Source of the DNA: Chiloscyllium plagiosum
Lineage: Eukaryota
Direction of reading: 5' to 3'
Length of the DNA stretch: 64,000 nt
Assembly (NCBI RefSeq): GCF_004010195.1
Contig: NC_057751.1
Coordinates: 9,059,611-9,123,610 of the forward strand
In this document: piece by piece, positions 39,336 through 53,575 of the stretch
Numbering within the stretch: the first letter of the stretch is position 1
Layout: every line of letters starts with the position of its first letter
Position numbers and translations under genes: made by a program
Notes under the pieces: model-generated
Seen by the model: only the letters and a program-made list of their open reading frames with translations
Told to the model about the DNA's origin: nothing
Database searches by the model: none

Positions 39336-42300
39336 AAAACATAGAACACAGAAAATTACAGCACAGTACAGGCCCTTTAGCTTTTGATGTTGCGCCAAAC
39401 TGTGAAACCATCTAACCTCCACTATTCTGAGAGGGGAAAGATATAAAAGAGACCCAAGGGGCAGCTTTTTCACGCGAAGGGTGGTACGTGTATGGAACGA
39501 GCTGCCAGAGGAAGTGATGGAAGCTGGTACAATTGCAACATTTAAAAGGCATTTGGATGGGTATATGAATAGGAAGGGTTTGGAGTGATATGGGCCAGGT
39601 GCTGGCAGGTGGGACTAGATTGGGTTGGGATATCTGATCGGCATGGACAAGTTAGACCGAAGGGTCTGTTTCTGTGCTATACATCTCTATGACTCTATTC
39701 CATTTTTGTCCATATGTCTATCCAATGACCATTTAAAAGCCCTTAAAGTTGGTGAATCTACTACTGTAGCAGGCAGTGCATTCCATGCCCCTACTATCTG
39801 AGTAAAGAAACTACCTCTGACACTGTCCTTTATCTATTACCCCTCAATTTAAAGCTATGTTCCCTCATGCTAGCCATTACCATCTGAGGGAAAAGGGTCT
39901 CACTGTCCACCCTATCTAACCCTCTGATTATCTTACATGACTCAATTAAGTCACCTCTCAACATTCTTCTCTCTAACGAAACCAGCCTCAAATCCCTCAG
40001 CCTTTCCTTGTAAGACCTTCCTTCCATACCAGGCAACATCCTGGTAAATCTCATCTAAACCCTTTCTAAAGCTTCCACGTCCTTCCTATAATGCAGTGAC
40101 CAGAACTGTACGCAATACTCCAAGTGAGGCCGCAACAGAGTTTTGTACAGCTGCAGCATGATCTCATGGTTCCAAAACTTAATCCCTCTACCAATAAAAA
40201 CTAACACACTGTATATCTTCTTAACAACCTGATCAACCTGGGTGGCAACTTTCAGGGATCTATGGACATGGACACCGAGATTTTCCTGCTCATCTATACT
40301 ACCAAAGATCTTACCATTGGCCCAATACTCTGCATTCCTGTGACTTCTTCCAAAGTGAATCACCTCACACTTTTCTGCATTAAACTCCATTTGCCACCTC
40401 TCAGCCCAGCTCTGCAGCTTATCTATGTCCCTCTGTAACCTACGACATCCTTCGGCAATATCCACAACTCTATCGACCTTAGTGTCATCTGCAAATTTAC
40501 TAACCCATCCTTCTACTCCCTCATCCAGGTCATTTATGAAAATGATAAACAGCAGTGGACCCAAAACCGATCCTTGCGTTACACCACTAGCAACTGTACT
40601 CTAGGATGAACATTTCCCATCAACCATCACCCTCTGTCTTCTTTCAGCTCGGCAATTTTTTATCTAAACCGCGAAACCCCTCAATCCCATGCTTGCGTAT
40701 TTTGTGCAATAGCCAACCATGGGGAACTTTATCAAACATCTTACTGAAATCCATATACACCACATCAACTGCTTTACCCTCATCCACCAGTTTGCCCACC
40801 TCCTCAAAGAACACAATGAGGTTTGTGAGGCACAACCTACCCTTCACAAAACCATGTTGACCATCCCTAATAAACTTATTCTATCTCTTATAACCTTTTC
40901 CAACACTTTACCAACAACCGAAGTAAGGCTCACTGGTTTATAATTACCAGGGTTGTCTCTACTCCCCTTCTTGAACAAGGGAACAACATTTGCTATCCCC
41001 CAGTCTTTTGGCACTATTCCTGGAGACAATGACGACTTAAAGATCAAAGCCAAAGGCTCTGCAATCTCCTCCCTGGCTTCCCAGAGAATCCTAGGATAAA
41101 TCCCATCCAGCCCAGGGGATTTATCTGTTTGTAAATTTTCCAGAATTGCTAACACCTCCTTGTGGTGGACATCAATCTCATCTAGTTTAGTGGCCTGTAT
41201 CTCAGTATTCTCCTCAACAACACTGTCTTTTTCCTGTGTGAATACTGATGAAAAATATTTATTTAGTGCTTCCCCATCTCCTCTGACTCCACACACAACT
41301 TCCCACTGCTGTACTTGACTGGCCCTAATATTACTCTCGTCATTCTTTTATTCCTGATATATCCATAAAAATCCTTAGGGTTTTCCTTGATCCTATTCAC
41401 CAATGACTTCTCATTTTCCCTCATGGCTCTTCTTAGCTCTCTCTTAGGTCTTTCCTGGCTAACATGTAACTCTCAAGTGCCCTAACTGAGCTTTCACATC
41501 TCATTCTAACATAAACCTTCTTTTTCCTTTTGACAAGAGATTCAGTTTCCTTCGTAAACATGGCTCCCGTGCTCGACAATTCCTCCCTAACTGACAGGAA
41601 CATACTTATCAAGGACCTGCAGCAGCTGTTCCTTGAATAAGCTCCACAATTCAGTTGTGCTCAGCCCCTGCAGTTTCCGACCCTATCCTATGCATCCTAA
41701 ATCTTGCCTAATTGCATCGTAATTGCCTTTCCCCCAGCTATAACTCTTGCCCTGAGATATATACCTATCCCTTACCATCACTAAAGTAAACATAACTGAA
41801 TTGTGATCGCTATCACTGAAGTGCTCACCTACATCCAAATCTAACACATGGCCGTGTTCATTACCCAGTACCAAATTTAATGTGGCCTCTATCCTTGTTG
41901 GCCTGTCTATATACTGTGTCAAGAAACCCTCCTGCATACATTGGACAAAAACTGACCCATCTAAAATACTTGAACTATCGTGGCCCCCTTAACAACTACC
42001 CTGTCACTCTTGCTCCTATTGAGAATCATCTTTGCTGTCTTTTCCTGTGTATCTCTGGAATTATTTGGAGGCCTATACACTCCCAACAGGGTGACCTCTC
42101 CTTTCCTGTTTCTAACCTCAACCCATACTACCTCAGTCAACGAGTCCTCAAACATCCTTTCTGCAACCGTAATACTGTCCTTTACGAACAAAGCCACATC
42201 ACTCCCTCTTTTACCAAGTTCTCTGTTCTCAATGAAACATTTAAGTCATGGAACATGCAACAATCATTCCTGACCCTGCTCTACCCATGTCTCCAAAATG

Positions 42301-42348
42301 GCCATAACATCGAAATCCCAGGTACCAACCCATGTTGCAAGTTCTCCC
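39336..42348 (-). mobile_element. Long decayed CR1 (APE and RT)
   Basis: GPLLFIIFINDLD..SKFADDTK, DKSPGLDGIYPR..PGNYKPVSLTS and APE remnants (PTR..LNLVL..SDHNSV). Confidence 0.93.
39428..39694 (+). mobile_element. Young CR1 3' end nested in the older CR1
   Basis: Opposite orientation to its host; ctattc duplicated at 39422-39427 and 39695-39700. Confidence 0.85.
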
Positions 42349-42629
42349 ATCCCAACTTAGTCTAACCTCCTTATGACTTTAGAACCACAGCAATGTGGTC
42401 AACTTTAAACAATTAGGGAAACAGATGTTGGTCCATCCAGTGACGCCCACATCCCCTCACCAAAGAGAAAATTATGTCCTTCTCACCAACCACTCACTGA
42501 CTTTCAAGCTGCAGCCTCTTTCTAATTCTTCAACTCTGATTTGTGATCTCTTCATCACTTCCCAACCTTCCAGTCGCAGTGTCCAACCCAAGCCCAACAG
42601 ATCCAGTTCAGTTCTAAGCCAGAGCTATG

Positions 42630-42792
42630 ATGTCACAGATAAAAGGTAGGGAGGAGGGACTTGCCTTTTATCTTAGCCTGCTGGATACACTTTCCTCATT
42701 CCTGAAGAAGGGCTCATGCCCAAAACGTCAATTCTCCTGCTCCTTGGATGCTGCCTGACCTGCTGCGCCTTTCCAGCAACACATTTTCAGAA
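42630..42792 (+). mobile_element. Penelope-like terminal repeat with decayed hammerhead-like motif
   Basis: CTGAAGA-A-GGGC-tcat-GCCC-AAAA-CGTC at 42702-42729 (GAAA changed to AAAA). The downstream sequence matches the 44218-44298 arm. Confidence 0.75.
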
Positions 42793-43189
42793 CTTTAAAC
42801 AAGAACATCTTGCATATACTTATTAAAGTGTGCTGCTCCCCTAGTTGATGCTCACTCAAATGTCTGAAGATAACACCATTGCATCTGCTGAGAATTAGAA
42901 AAGACTGATGGGTGAAAAGAGTTTCCTTATAAAGGGTCTAATATTCACTGTATGAACATAAGGTTCTGTTTTCAGCTTTCCTCTTGATACTTCAAGCTTC
43001 ATTCCCAGTGTTACTTAATTGATAACTTCAACATGAGTATCAGAAAAGCTTGAAGGATTACATATCAGAGTTAACCAGTAACACATTTAGGATTTCAAAA
43101 ACAAAGTTAGTATATTGTACTTCTTGAAGTCTTGGTTTGTGATTCACAGAGAAAAAGAGGTAAGGAATGAGAGAGAAAGTTAGAGTTTA

Positions 43190-43480
43190 TGAATATGGGC
43201 ATCGATAGCAAGAACAGCACCTAATGTCATTCCTAATTTTCTTTAATAAGATATTGCTAAGCCCATTTCATGGCTTGCAGTTTCACAGATTGCTGTACTT
43301 AAGAGCCAACCATATTGTTTATGGTACTATCGCAGTGATAAATAGGTAAACCGGTGAGGCCAGCAGGTTTCCTTCCCCGTAGGACATTGTGAAACCAATT
43401 GGGTTCTTCCAAAAATCCCAAATAGAAGGAAAATACTGTGGATACTGGTGATCTGAAATAAAAATAAGAAGCGTGATCTA
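43190..43480 (-). repeat. Old SINE-like repeat next to a CR1 insertion
   Basis: gcaggtttccttccc..aggacattgtgaaaccaattgggtt; similar to 5750-6000. Confidence 0.4.
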
Positions 43481-43484
43481 TTGA

Positions 43485-44855
43485 CTTCAATAAAGCATTT
43501 GATGAGGTGCCGCATGGTAGACTGGTTAGCAAGGTTTGATCACATGGAATACAGGGAGAACTAGCCATTGGGATACAGAACTGGCTTGAAGGTCAAAGAC
43601 AGAGTGTGGTGGTGAAGGGTTGCTTTTCAGACTGGAGGTCTGTGACCAGTGGTGTGCCACAAGGATCAGTGCTGGGTCCACAGCTATTTGTAATTTATAT
43701 AAATGATTAAGATGTGTAAGTTTGCAGCTGACACCAAAATTGGAAGTTTAGTAAACAGCAAAATAGATTACCTCAGTGTACAATGGGCCAATGAGTCAAA
43801 AAGTGGCAGATAGGGTTGAATTCAGATAAATGTGAAGTGCTGCATTTTGGAAAGGCAAATCAGGTCAGGACTCATGGAATTAATGGTAAGGTCCTGGAGA
43901 GTATTGCTGAACCAAGAGACCTTGGAGTGCAGGTTCATAGTTCCATGCAAGCGGGGGCCAAGATCAACAGGATAGCAAAGAACGTATTTGGTATATTTGC
44001 CTTTATCAGTCAGTGTATTGCGTACAAGAGCTGGGAGGTCATGTTGCGGCTGTACAGGATATTGGTTTGGCCACTTTTTGAAAACTGAGTGCAATTCTCG
44101 CCTCCCTGCTAGAGGAAGGATGTTGTAAGCTGGAAATGTGTTGCTGGAAAAGCGCAGCAGGTCAGGCAGCATCCAGGGAACAGGAGAATCGACGTTTCGG
44201 GCATAAGCCCTTCTTCTGGCTTATGCCCGAAACGTCGATTCTCCTGTTCCCTGGATGCTGCCTGACCTGTTGCGCTTTTCCAGCAACACATTTCCAGCTC
44301 TGATCTCCAGCATCTGCAGACCTCACTTTCTCCCCGAAGGATGTTGTAAAACTTGAAAAGGTTCAGATAAGATTTACAAGGTTGTTGCCAGGGTTGGAGG
44401 GTTTGTGCAATATGCAGAGGCTGAATAGGCTGGGACCTTTCTTCCCCAGAGTGTCAGAGGCTGAGGGGTGACCTTACAGAGGTTTATAAAATCATGAGGG
44501 GCATGGATAGGATGAATAGTCAAGGTCTTCCCGTATGGTAGGGGAGTGCAAAACTAGAGGACAAAGGTTTAAGGTGAGACAGGAAAGATTTAAAAGGGGC
44601 CCAAGGGGCAGCTGTTTCACACAGTGTGTGGTACGTGTATGGAATGAGCTGCCAGAGGAAGTGGTGAAGGCTGGGACAATTACAACAGTTAAAAGGCATC
44701 TGGATAGGTATATGAATGGGAAGGGTTTAGTGCGATGTAGGCCAAATGTGGGCAAATGGGACTGGATTAATTTAGGATTTCTGGTTGGCATGGACAAGTT
44801 GGACCAAAGGGTCTATTTCCATGCTGAACAGCTCTGTAATTCTATGACTCCAAAT
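43485..44855 (+). mobile_element. 5'-truncated CR1 containing a fold-back insertion
   Basis: [11 protein letters not shown] coding sequence at about 43648-43680, KCEVLHFG, RGSCFTQCVVRVWNELP and tail ctatgactc. Confidence 0.9.
44129..44335. mobile_element. Young fold-back Penelope-like insertion (third family)
   Basis: 81-bp inverted arms 44129-44209 and 44218-44298 with one mismatch, an 8-nt loop, a 37-bp tail, and perfect TSD gaaggatgttgtaa (44115-44128 and 44336-44349). Confidence 0.9.
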
Positions 44856-46601
44856 GCATAGAAGAAGAATCATATTGAGTTTGCAATGTTAACTCTGTTT
44901 TTCTCTTCAAAGATCCTGCTAGACCTACCGAATTTCTTCTGCATTTTCTGTTTTCATTCCTCACAAAAATCTGGTAATTTTAGAGGAAAGATGACAGACT
45001 CTTACTTATTATTCCAGATTTATCTAATCAACTGAATTCAATATGCAAGCTGCTGGGGTGATATGTGAATTTGTATCTTTGCACTAAAATTTGTATTTTA
45101 TTGGTAGACAATCAATATGGGAAATGTGATGGGTGTAGCTGGTCACCTATCAGTATTTCAAATGGACTGTCAGCATTCAAAATGCTAACCTATTAATTTG
45201 AAGAGAATTTGTAGCTCAGTTAAACAAGAGAGCAATTGGGGGAATGGCAAGGTCACTGGACAAGTAATCTTGAGGGCCATGAAAATGCCTGCTCATATTA
45301 ATTCAGATTGGAAATGGGAAATTGAAAACCCTTCTCAGTCATGGTGCCATGAAATTATCAATGATTATCGGAAAAACCAACCTGGTTTATTCATGTCCAA
45401 TATAGAAGGAAATCTGCTCATCCTGGTTTACCTACATATGCTTCCGGCAAACTAGTTCAAAAAGTATACAAATTAGGAGCAGAAGTTGGCTATTCAGCCC
45501 TTCTAGCACGCACTCCAATCAATAAGATCATGATTGATCTGTTTGTGTTTCAATTTCCATATTCTCAACTAACCCAACACCCCGCTGCATAAAATAATCT
45601 ATTGACCTTGAAAAATATTCAATTCGCCGACTGTGGGCCCCTTGATCACCCAGGAGGAATACAAGAAAGTAAATTAGGTGGGGAGGTCACACGAAGGTAA
45701 CAGGCTCCACCCTGAATTTCTTGCAATGTCTAGAGAAACAATCTAACAAGGTGTTTGAGGGATCTGCAATGTTTCCCTCCAGATTTTATTTCCTTTCACT
45801 GTGTCCTGGTAATGCTTAAATTCCTGAAGTGTCAGGAATTAAAATTTTCTGGAGAAAATCAATCTCATGCCTCTAGCACTTGCATTTCTCATCGATTAAC
45901 CACCATTCCTGAAAACTGAGCATTGCCTACTTTCACTCTTTCCCATTGCAATTAAAAAAGGAATGCTTAATATCCCATGTCACATTAGACTGTCAATCTA
46001 ACTGTTGGAAAATAGGCAGATATTCAGTCTTCCTTGAACAAAAACTTTTATGCACATTAGTCCTTGCTTCTCTTTCTGATTGCTGTGCTTTATATGACAT
46101 TAGAAAACTAACCAGTGAAGATAATTAATCTGAGAGAAATGTTTGAAAATGTACAAATTATCAAGTTGGATCCCCGCTATCCTGCTCTCCAGTGCAGCCT
46201 GGTGACCACAGGCATGACTGCATACAAGTATCCATTAACAATTCTTAAAGCAGTTTTCAAACATCAATAATATTGCTACTGATTCTGGATGCCCTTCTAG
46301 ATAGCAAACCACAAGTCTTCTCACAACAGGAATCAAATGTCAAACAGAAAGGGTACATAAGGATAGTCTTGTGCTTGAGTACATGCAGAATATACCCTGT
46401 TCCCCAACACACTGGTTGTTGTGTCACGTTCAGACTTTGCCTTGCATTTCAAGGAAAGAATTGCACACTAAGTCATGGTTTTACCAGTGTTAATGTAGGG
46501 CCGGCTTGAAGAATAGGGGATCGGACAACCTGCTTAGATCTTCTAAGGAACCAGAGAAAAGGTAGGGGAACAGTGAAATGCAAGATTAAAGATTAAATTA
46601 A

Positions 46602-46799
<198 letters not shown>

Positions 46800-46900
46800 T
46801 GATCGAATTTGATAAAGTTCATTAATATAGGAAGTTTGGATTAAAAGGTGATGAATGAATTTGAGAATTCCTCAAGTATTTTTTGAATGGCTGACAATTA

Positions 46901-47235
46901 GGCGGCATGGTGGCTCAGTGGTTAGCATGCTGCCTCACAGCACCAGGACATGAGTTCGATTCCAGCCTCGGGTGACTGTCTGTGTGGAGTTTGCACATTC
47001 TCCCCATGTCTGCATGGGTTTCCTCTGGGTGCTCTGGTTTCATCCCACATTCCAAAGATGTGCAGGTTAGGTGAATTGTCTGTGCTAAATTGCCCATAGT
47101 ATTCACGGATGTATAGGTTAGGGGCATGAGGCAGGGGTAAATGTAGGGGAAGGGTCTAGGTGGGATACTCTTCGGAGGATCAGTGTGGATTTGTTGGGCC
47201 CGAGGGCCTGTTTCCACACAGTAGGGATTCTAATT
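46901..47235 (+). mobile_element. HE1-like V-SINE, full length
   Basis: A box tggctcagtgg, B box gttcgattcc, V-domain and tail gtagggattcta. Confidence 0.88.
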
Positions 47236-47377
47236 CTGTTCTGAATCCCATTATCTGTACTCATGATATCATTAGGACTTTCAAAGTCTGTTCAGCAATA
47301 ACCAGGCTTCCTGATGTTTCCATTAATAAGACGACTGATTGTTGTGGAACTGGGTCATTAAGATCAAGAGAATCTCA

Positions 47378-48290
47378 GGCTCTGGATGATGGAACTGAGG
47401 GCATTATTGCTAAGTTTGCAAATGACCAAAAGACAGATGGAGGGACAGTTAATGTTGAGGATGCAGGAAAGCTGTAAAGGGACTAAGATGGGCTAGAAGA
47501 GTAGCAAAGAAGCAGCAAATGGAATACAATGTGGGAAAGTGTGAGATTATGCAGTTTGGTGGGAGGAATAGAGACATATACTATTTCCTCAATGTGGAAA
47601 GGCTTTGGAAATCTGAAGTTACAAGGGACTTGTTTGAGGATTCTTTGAAAGTTAATATGCAGGTTCAGATGAAAGTTAGAAAGGCAAATGCAATGTGCGC
47701 ATTCATTTTGAGATGGCCAGAATACAAGAGCAGAGATGTACTGTTGAGGCTCGATCAGGCTCTACTCAGACTGCATTTGGAAAAGTGTGAGCAATTCTGT
47801 GCCTCATATCTGAGGAAGGATGTGCTGGCATTGGTGGAAGTCCAGAACAGGTTTATAAGAATGATCCCTGGGATGAAGGGCTTGTCATTATGAGGACAGG
47901 TTCAGGACTCTGGGTCAGTACAGGAGAGAGTTTAGAGGGAATGGTCTGATTGAAACTTACAGAACATTGAGAGTTCTGGATATAGTTAATGTGGTGAAGG
48001 TATTTTCATTAGTAAGAGAGACTACAATCCAACGGCACTGCCTCAGAGAACTACGATGAGGAGGAATTTCTTTAGCCAGAGGGTGGTTAATCTGTGGAAG
48101 TCATTGCCATAGAGGGTTGTAGAGCCCAAGTCATTTAAGGTGTTTTAGACAAGGAGAGATAGATTCTTGATAGCAAAGGGGGTGAAGGTAGAAGAATGGG
48201 GTTGAGAAACATATCAGCTATGACTGAATGGTGGAGCTGACCCAGTAGGTCAAATGGCTTAACTCTTCTACAACTTATGGTCTTATGGCT
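47378..48290 (+). mobile_element. Decayed CR1 3' portion
   Basis: IIAKFANDQK, MEYNVGKCEIMQFG and RFIRMIPGMKGLS, then a tail. Confidence 0.85.
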
Positions 48291-48734
48291 CACTCTAGTT
48301 AAATGATCAGTTCGCTAAATTCAGTAAGATCAATGTAAAGGAAGTTACAATTGGTTGCAGTAGATTACGGAGCTGAAATGAAAGCAGTTCATTCGCATTC
48401 CCACATCTGATTGATAGTTACTGACCCCTGCCAGAAACTGGATATGTGAAAATCATAGAAAAATAAGATGAACCCAAGTGGAATTATCTCACTCCCCAGA
48501 TTCACATAGGAAAGATATCACATTGAGTAAGGTACATGAGGTCTGCCAAATGCTGTGGAACTATACCCCAGTAAATTAGGGAAGGAGGGGAAATTACTCT
48601 GATAAACAAGCGAAATAATTTTAATTCTGCTGTGGAAGTAGAAATGTAGAATCAGCAGTGTCTAGCTTGGCACTCAAAAGTAGGTCCAAATTGAAGAGTT
48701 TGAATGGCTATGACGATGTATGGCACGCCAATAA

Positions 48735-49130
<396 letters not shown>

Positions 49131-50057
49131 TAAGTTGGCAATCTGAATCAAGGGAAATTGAAAAATGCCACACTACTGTAATCAGGGATTAATTTATTGA
49201 GGTTAGCTCTTGTATAATGATTAGAGATTGGGAATATATTGTTCTGCTGAAAATATATTACACTTGATTAAGGAGGATTTGGTGTCAATAATAAGAATTT
49301 CTAATGCTGCAACATTTACTTGAAATGCAGAAGTGCTTCCATCATCATTGTTCGCAGCAATGAATAGCTATTGTAAACTTTTGGAAAGAGAAAAATGGAA
49401 AACAACATCAAGAAAATCTAAAAGAACATTGGCATTAGAATTATAGTTGATTAATGTCAAAGTGCATGGAACTACAGTACAGAATGTAAGGGGAGCAATA
49501 ACCATTCCATTTGTTTTCCAACTCACTTGGTGTGCTTTAATATTAACTTGCTGTCATTCATCTCTGAGGATATTCAGATCCCTTATATCACGGCATTTTC
49601 TTAACTCTCTCCATTTTAAAAATGTCACTTTTCTATTATTCCTGTCAAAGTCAACAATTTCACAAATTCCTGCTTACATTCCACCTGCCAAACCTTTAGC
49701 ACTGAACTGACATATTTATCTATCTTAAAATACTCCTTGGGCTTTCTTGAAACAAAGGGAAGTGCTCCTTCTTTGGAGGTGGTTGGGTTGTTTCATATGA
49801 TTATGTTCTATCAGGCTTATTGCATATGCAGGCGCAAGTTGAATGTCAAATCTTTTGGGTAGGAGATTCTGAAGCCTCTAGTGACCTCTCAGGTTCAAAC
49901 ACTGAGGTACCATATTTAAAATGCACCCAGACAGCACTTTACTTTCTGCAAGCAATCCCAGGTCCTCCACTGATTGCCCCACCCATCCCTGTAGATGTCT
50001 GACAACAGAAAGGAAGTGGCTCAATGTTTCAGCAACATCACCCTCAACATATATAAT

Positions 50058-50390
50058 GTGTAGAAACATAGAAAGTAGGAGCAGGAGGAGGTCTTTCAAT
50101 ACCTCGAGCCTGCTCCGCCATTAACTATAATCATGGCAGATCATCAAACTTAATACCCTAATCCCATCCTCCTCCTCATGATTCCTTTAGCCAAAGAGCT
50201 ACATATACTTCCTTCTTGAAAGCACATAATGTTTTGGCCTCAACTACTTTAATGGGAGTGAATTCCACAGGCTCACCAATCTGTGGGTGAAGAAATTTCT
50301 CCTCATCTCAGTCCTTATCCTTTTACTATGATCCCTGATTCTGGACTCTCCCAGTATTAAAAACATCCTTCCTGAATCTAACTTATCAAG
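50058..50390 (-). mobile_element. CR1 3' tail fragment
   Basis: tagaaacatagaaagtaggagcaggag...gaattccacaggctcacca. Confidence 0.75.
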
Positions 50391-51692
50391 TCATGAGGGC
50401 TACTGTTGGATGGTGGTGCCTGCCCAACATAAAGCTCCTGATTCCTTCAAGGGAGCAAGCATTGAAGGTGAATGGCAACCAATGGGACTGCACCTGTGCT
50501 GAAGAGGAGATTGGATATGTACATCTATTAAAAAAGAAGCCCTCCATTCTGCTACGAAGTCTTACCAACATCTCGGGTAAGGGTGGTTTGTAACACTAAC
50601 ATAACGTTGTTTTTTGATACAGCTACTGGATCGCCTCATAAATCAACAGAAAAAAGGAAAGAGGTTCATGCCTCAGACATATCTTTTGCAGGACTTTGAG
50701 GAGGAAGTACTGGCATACTCAAAAGATGCACTGCAAAGGCATTGCTTCCCACCCTCCAGGACAGTGATATTCACTATCTCGGGTTGGCTTGGAATCACAT
50801 TCTGATGAGCACGGCACTGATATGGTCCCACAGCTACGACAGAAAGTTTCAGAGTTCTCTGACACTCTGAAGACTGCTGCAGAACAGGCCCCTACTGAGT
50901 TCATTGCAGATGATGAGCATCTGGACTTGGCCATTTATGAGCTGATGGAGATGCATGGATAAACAGGAGAACATTTGGCAGTGGTGCCAGAGATCTTGCA
51001 TACTCTTGATTGAAAGGCCAAGGAGTCTGTCCAAGTAAAATCTGATGTTGTACCAATCTAAATTTCAAACAATCTTTATTCTGTCAGCAAATTTAGCACT
51101 TATACATTTAGCCCCTTTACCCAAGAGTCATTGACACAGATTCTTTTGTTCCAGATATCCAGCATCCACAGTATTTTGCTTTTAGTGATTAAAAAGCAGG
51201 TTTTGTATCGCAATGAATTATTTAATCATGTGTTCAGCTGTCAAGTGCTCTAAACTCATCTTGTTTTTACAGTGAATTAATCCAGAGCATTATTTACAAT
51301 TACTACACAACTGAATATGCAGGTAACTGCACGAGAGGTTTGGAAAAATATCCAACAAGTTAGCTACACACTTCCTGCAAGACAGGGGTCGATTAGTCCT
51401 AACTGTTAAAAAATAGAATGGAATAGCATTAAGTACCACTCTTGGAAAGCCAGCTCATAAGAATTGTTCACATCCTCTGGGAGCCATGCATAATCTTAGC
51501 TATGTTGAACCATTTGCTTTTGAACAGAGCTGGAAATGGATCCACATGTGTGAGGTCTGAATGGATATGCTTCTTACTAAAATCGGATCAAGGTTATTAG
51601 ATATGAGGCTCCAAGTTGTGGCTCTATTGCTCTGGTTCTTTTCTGCTCTGAATTTGGTTTACTATTCTTCTGGCTGTGTATTTAAGATAATA

Positions 51693-52210
51693 GCAACAAC
51701 TTGTACTTACATAGCACTTTTAAAATAGCAAATCATCCCAAGAAGCTTCACAGGAGTGTATCACACAGATTTTTGTGCCAAATCATGTGAAAGAGATATT
51801 AGAATTGATGATGATAAGCCGCTTAAATGTTTTCTTAATACAGGAGAAAATTATGAAGAAAATTCCAGTCAGCTGAAGGCAATACTGTTCATGTTTGAAT
51901 GATGAAAACTGGAGATTCAAAAAGGACTGCAGGAGTTGAGAGGGTCTGAGGGATTGCAGAGATGGTGAGAGGGAAGGCATTAAGTTCGTGGAGGAATTCT
52001 AAAATACAGTCATTGCTGCATATAATCTTCTGGAGATCAGCCAGCCGTAGTGGTAATGGTTGGACAGGATGTTCTGCAATTTGGAGACAAGCAGCAGAAT
52101 TTTGGACGAACTCAAATTTACTGAAAGTGCAAGGTGGGCAATTAGTAACAAAACATTGGAATTGTCTAATCTAGATCCTAAGTCCAATCTGTTCTGTCCC
52201 AGAGTGCTTT
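51693..52210 (-). mobile_element. L2-like LINE 3' fragment
   Basis: caacaacttgtacttacatagcac...catcccaagaagcttcacagg; related to 8240-8790. Confidence 0.5.
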
Positions 52211-52939
52211 CAAAAAAATTACCAACAAATGGTAAATTAAGAGTGCACAAAGAGAGACAAAAATGACTGATACAAACACAGAACATGAACTATAGCTGAA
52301 ACAAATACAGTAGTAAGAGAGCAAATTGAGATGCAGGAAAAAATGTAAAGATCTAATTGTAAAGCATAAAACTCAAAGTAACAATGGAAGAGAAACAGGC
52401 AAAGGAGTTTAATCTTACACACACAGTGAGAGATGGGAAGTAAGAGGAATGATGCACAGCAATGGAAACAATCACTGTGGGAACAAGTCCAACTCTCAGG
52501 ATAATGCTACGGCTTTCTCAGGCTCAATCGTGTATGGATTAGTTGACTTTCTACCCACTGAAATTTGCATTATTAAAGTCCTAAAGCAAACGTTAACACT
52601 CCCTATGGAGGATTAAGTGATGCTAAGTATAGTATTGACTATATTCAATGAGCTGCTCTCAGTCCAATTCCCCAATGTACACATCAGCTTGTCAAATATT
52701 TAACTTCATGCCATCCTGTAGTTATTAAATAAAATGTAATATAAATCTGACAAGAAATTCAGATACACTTCCCATTTAATTTGATGAGGGGATGCCACAG
52801 TGCAAAATGCAGAACCCATTGATTTTAACAGATTAACCTTCAGTATGCCATTGGAGTTTACCATTCCAAATGCACATATCTTCTGTGGCATTTCCTGACT
52901 TGTTTATAAGTTGGTATGCACCCTTTCTGCAGTTTTTGT

Positions 52940-53575
52940 GGGTAGGTGTCCAAGCTTGGAATTTGGTTTGTAGACGTTTCGTCCCTTTTCTCGGTGACAT
53001 CCACAGTGCTGCAGAGATTCCTGTGAAGCGCTGCAAGACTGTATTGGTTTAAATTTATTTTGTTTCGTTTCCACTGCTTCCAGTTGCCAGTTCTGGTTGT
53101 TCATTTTCATGGATGGTGTTTCGGGTCTAGGTCAATTTGTTTATTGATGGAGTCTGTGGATGAGTACCATGATTCCAGAAATTCTCTGGCTGTCCTCTGT
53201 TTGGCTTGTCCTATTATGCCCTATCAAATTTGTGGTCCTTGTCAATTGTGTCTACAGGTACTAGGGACAGCTGGTCATGGTGTTTAGTGGCTAGTTGATT
53301 TCATGAATGCAGATCGCTAGTTGTCTGCCTGTTTGTCCTGTATAGTGTTTCGTGCAGCCTTGCATTCAATGTTGTACACCATGTTTGTCTTGCACATGAG
53401 TTTTTTGTTCTGGTGAGTTGTCTGAGCTTGGCTGTTGGTTTATGGGCTGACATAAATCCGAGTGGTTGGAGGAGTTTGGCTGTCAGTTCTGAGACGTATT
53501 TATATAAGGTACAGCAGTTAGTGTGTTGGGTCGTGGCATCCCCTTGCCATGTCGTTTGTCTGTCAGGCATCCGCA
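52940..53575 (-). mobile_element. Penelope-like element 3' fragment (GIY-YIG N-terminus), separate family
   Basis: Minus strand, across frameshifts: LPYINTSQN/ELTAKLLQPLG..AHKPT..MVYNIECK..KHYTGQTGRQLAICIHE. Terminal hammerhead-like motif CTGTGGA-TGTC...GAC-GAAA-CGTC at 52973-53006. Confidence 0.78.

Noticed and set aside
44129..44298. Hairpin as a microRNA precursor or terminator
   Set aside because: The TSD and homology to other PLE ends explain it as an insertion; small-RNA production cannot be judged from sequence alone.
46901..46975. tRNA gene
   Set aside because: The A and B boxes belong to a SINE head followed by the V-domain and a LINE tail; the same applies at 1756 and 19276.
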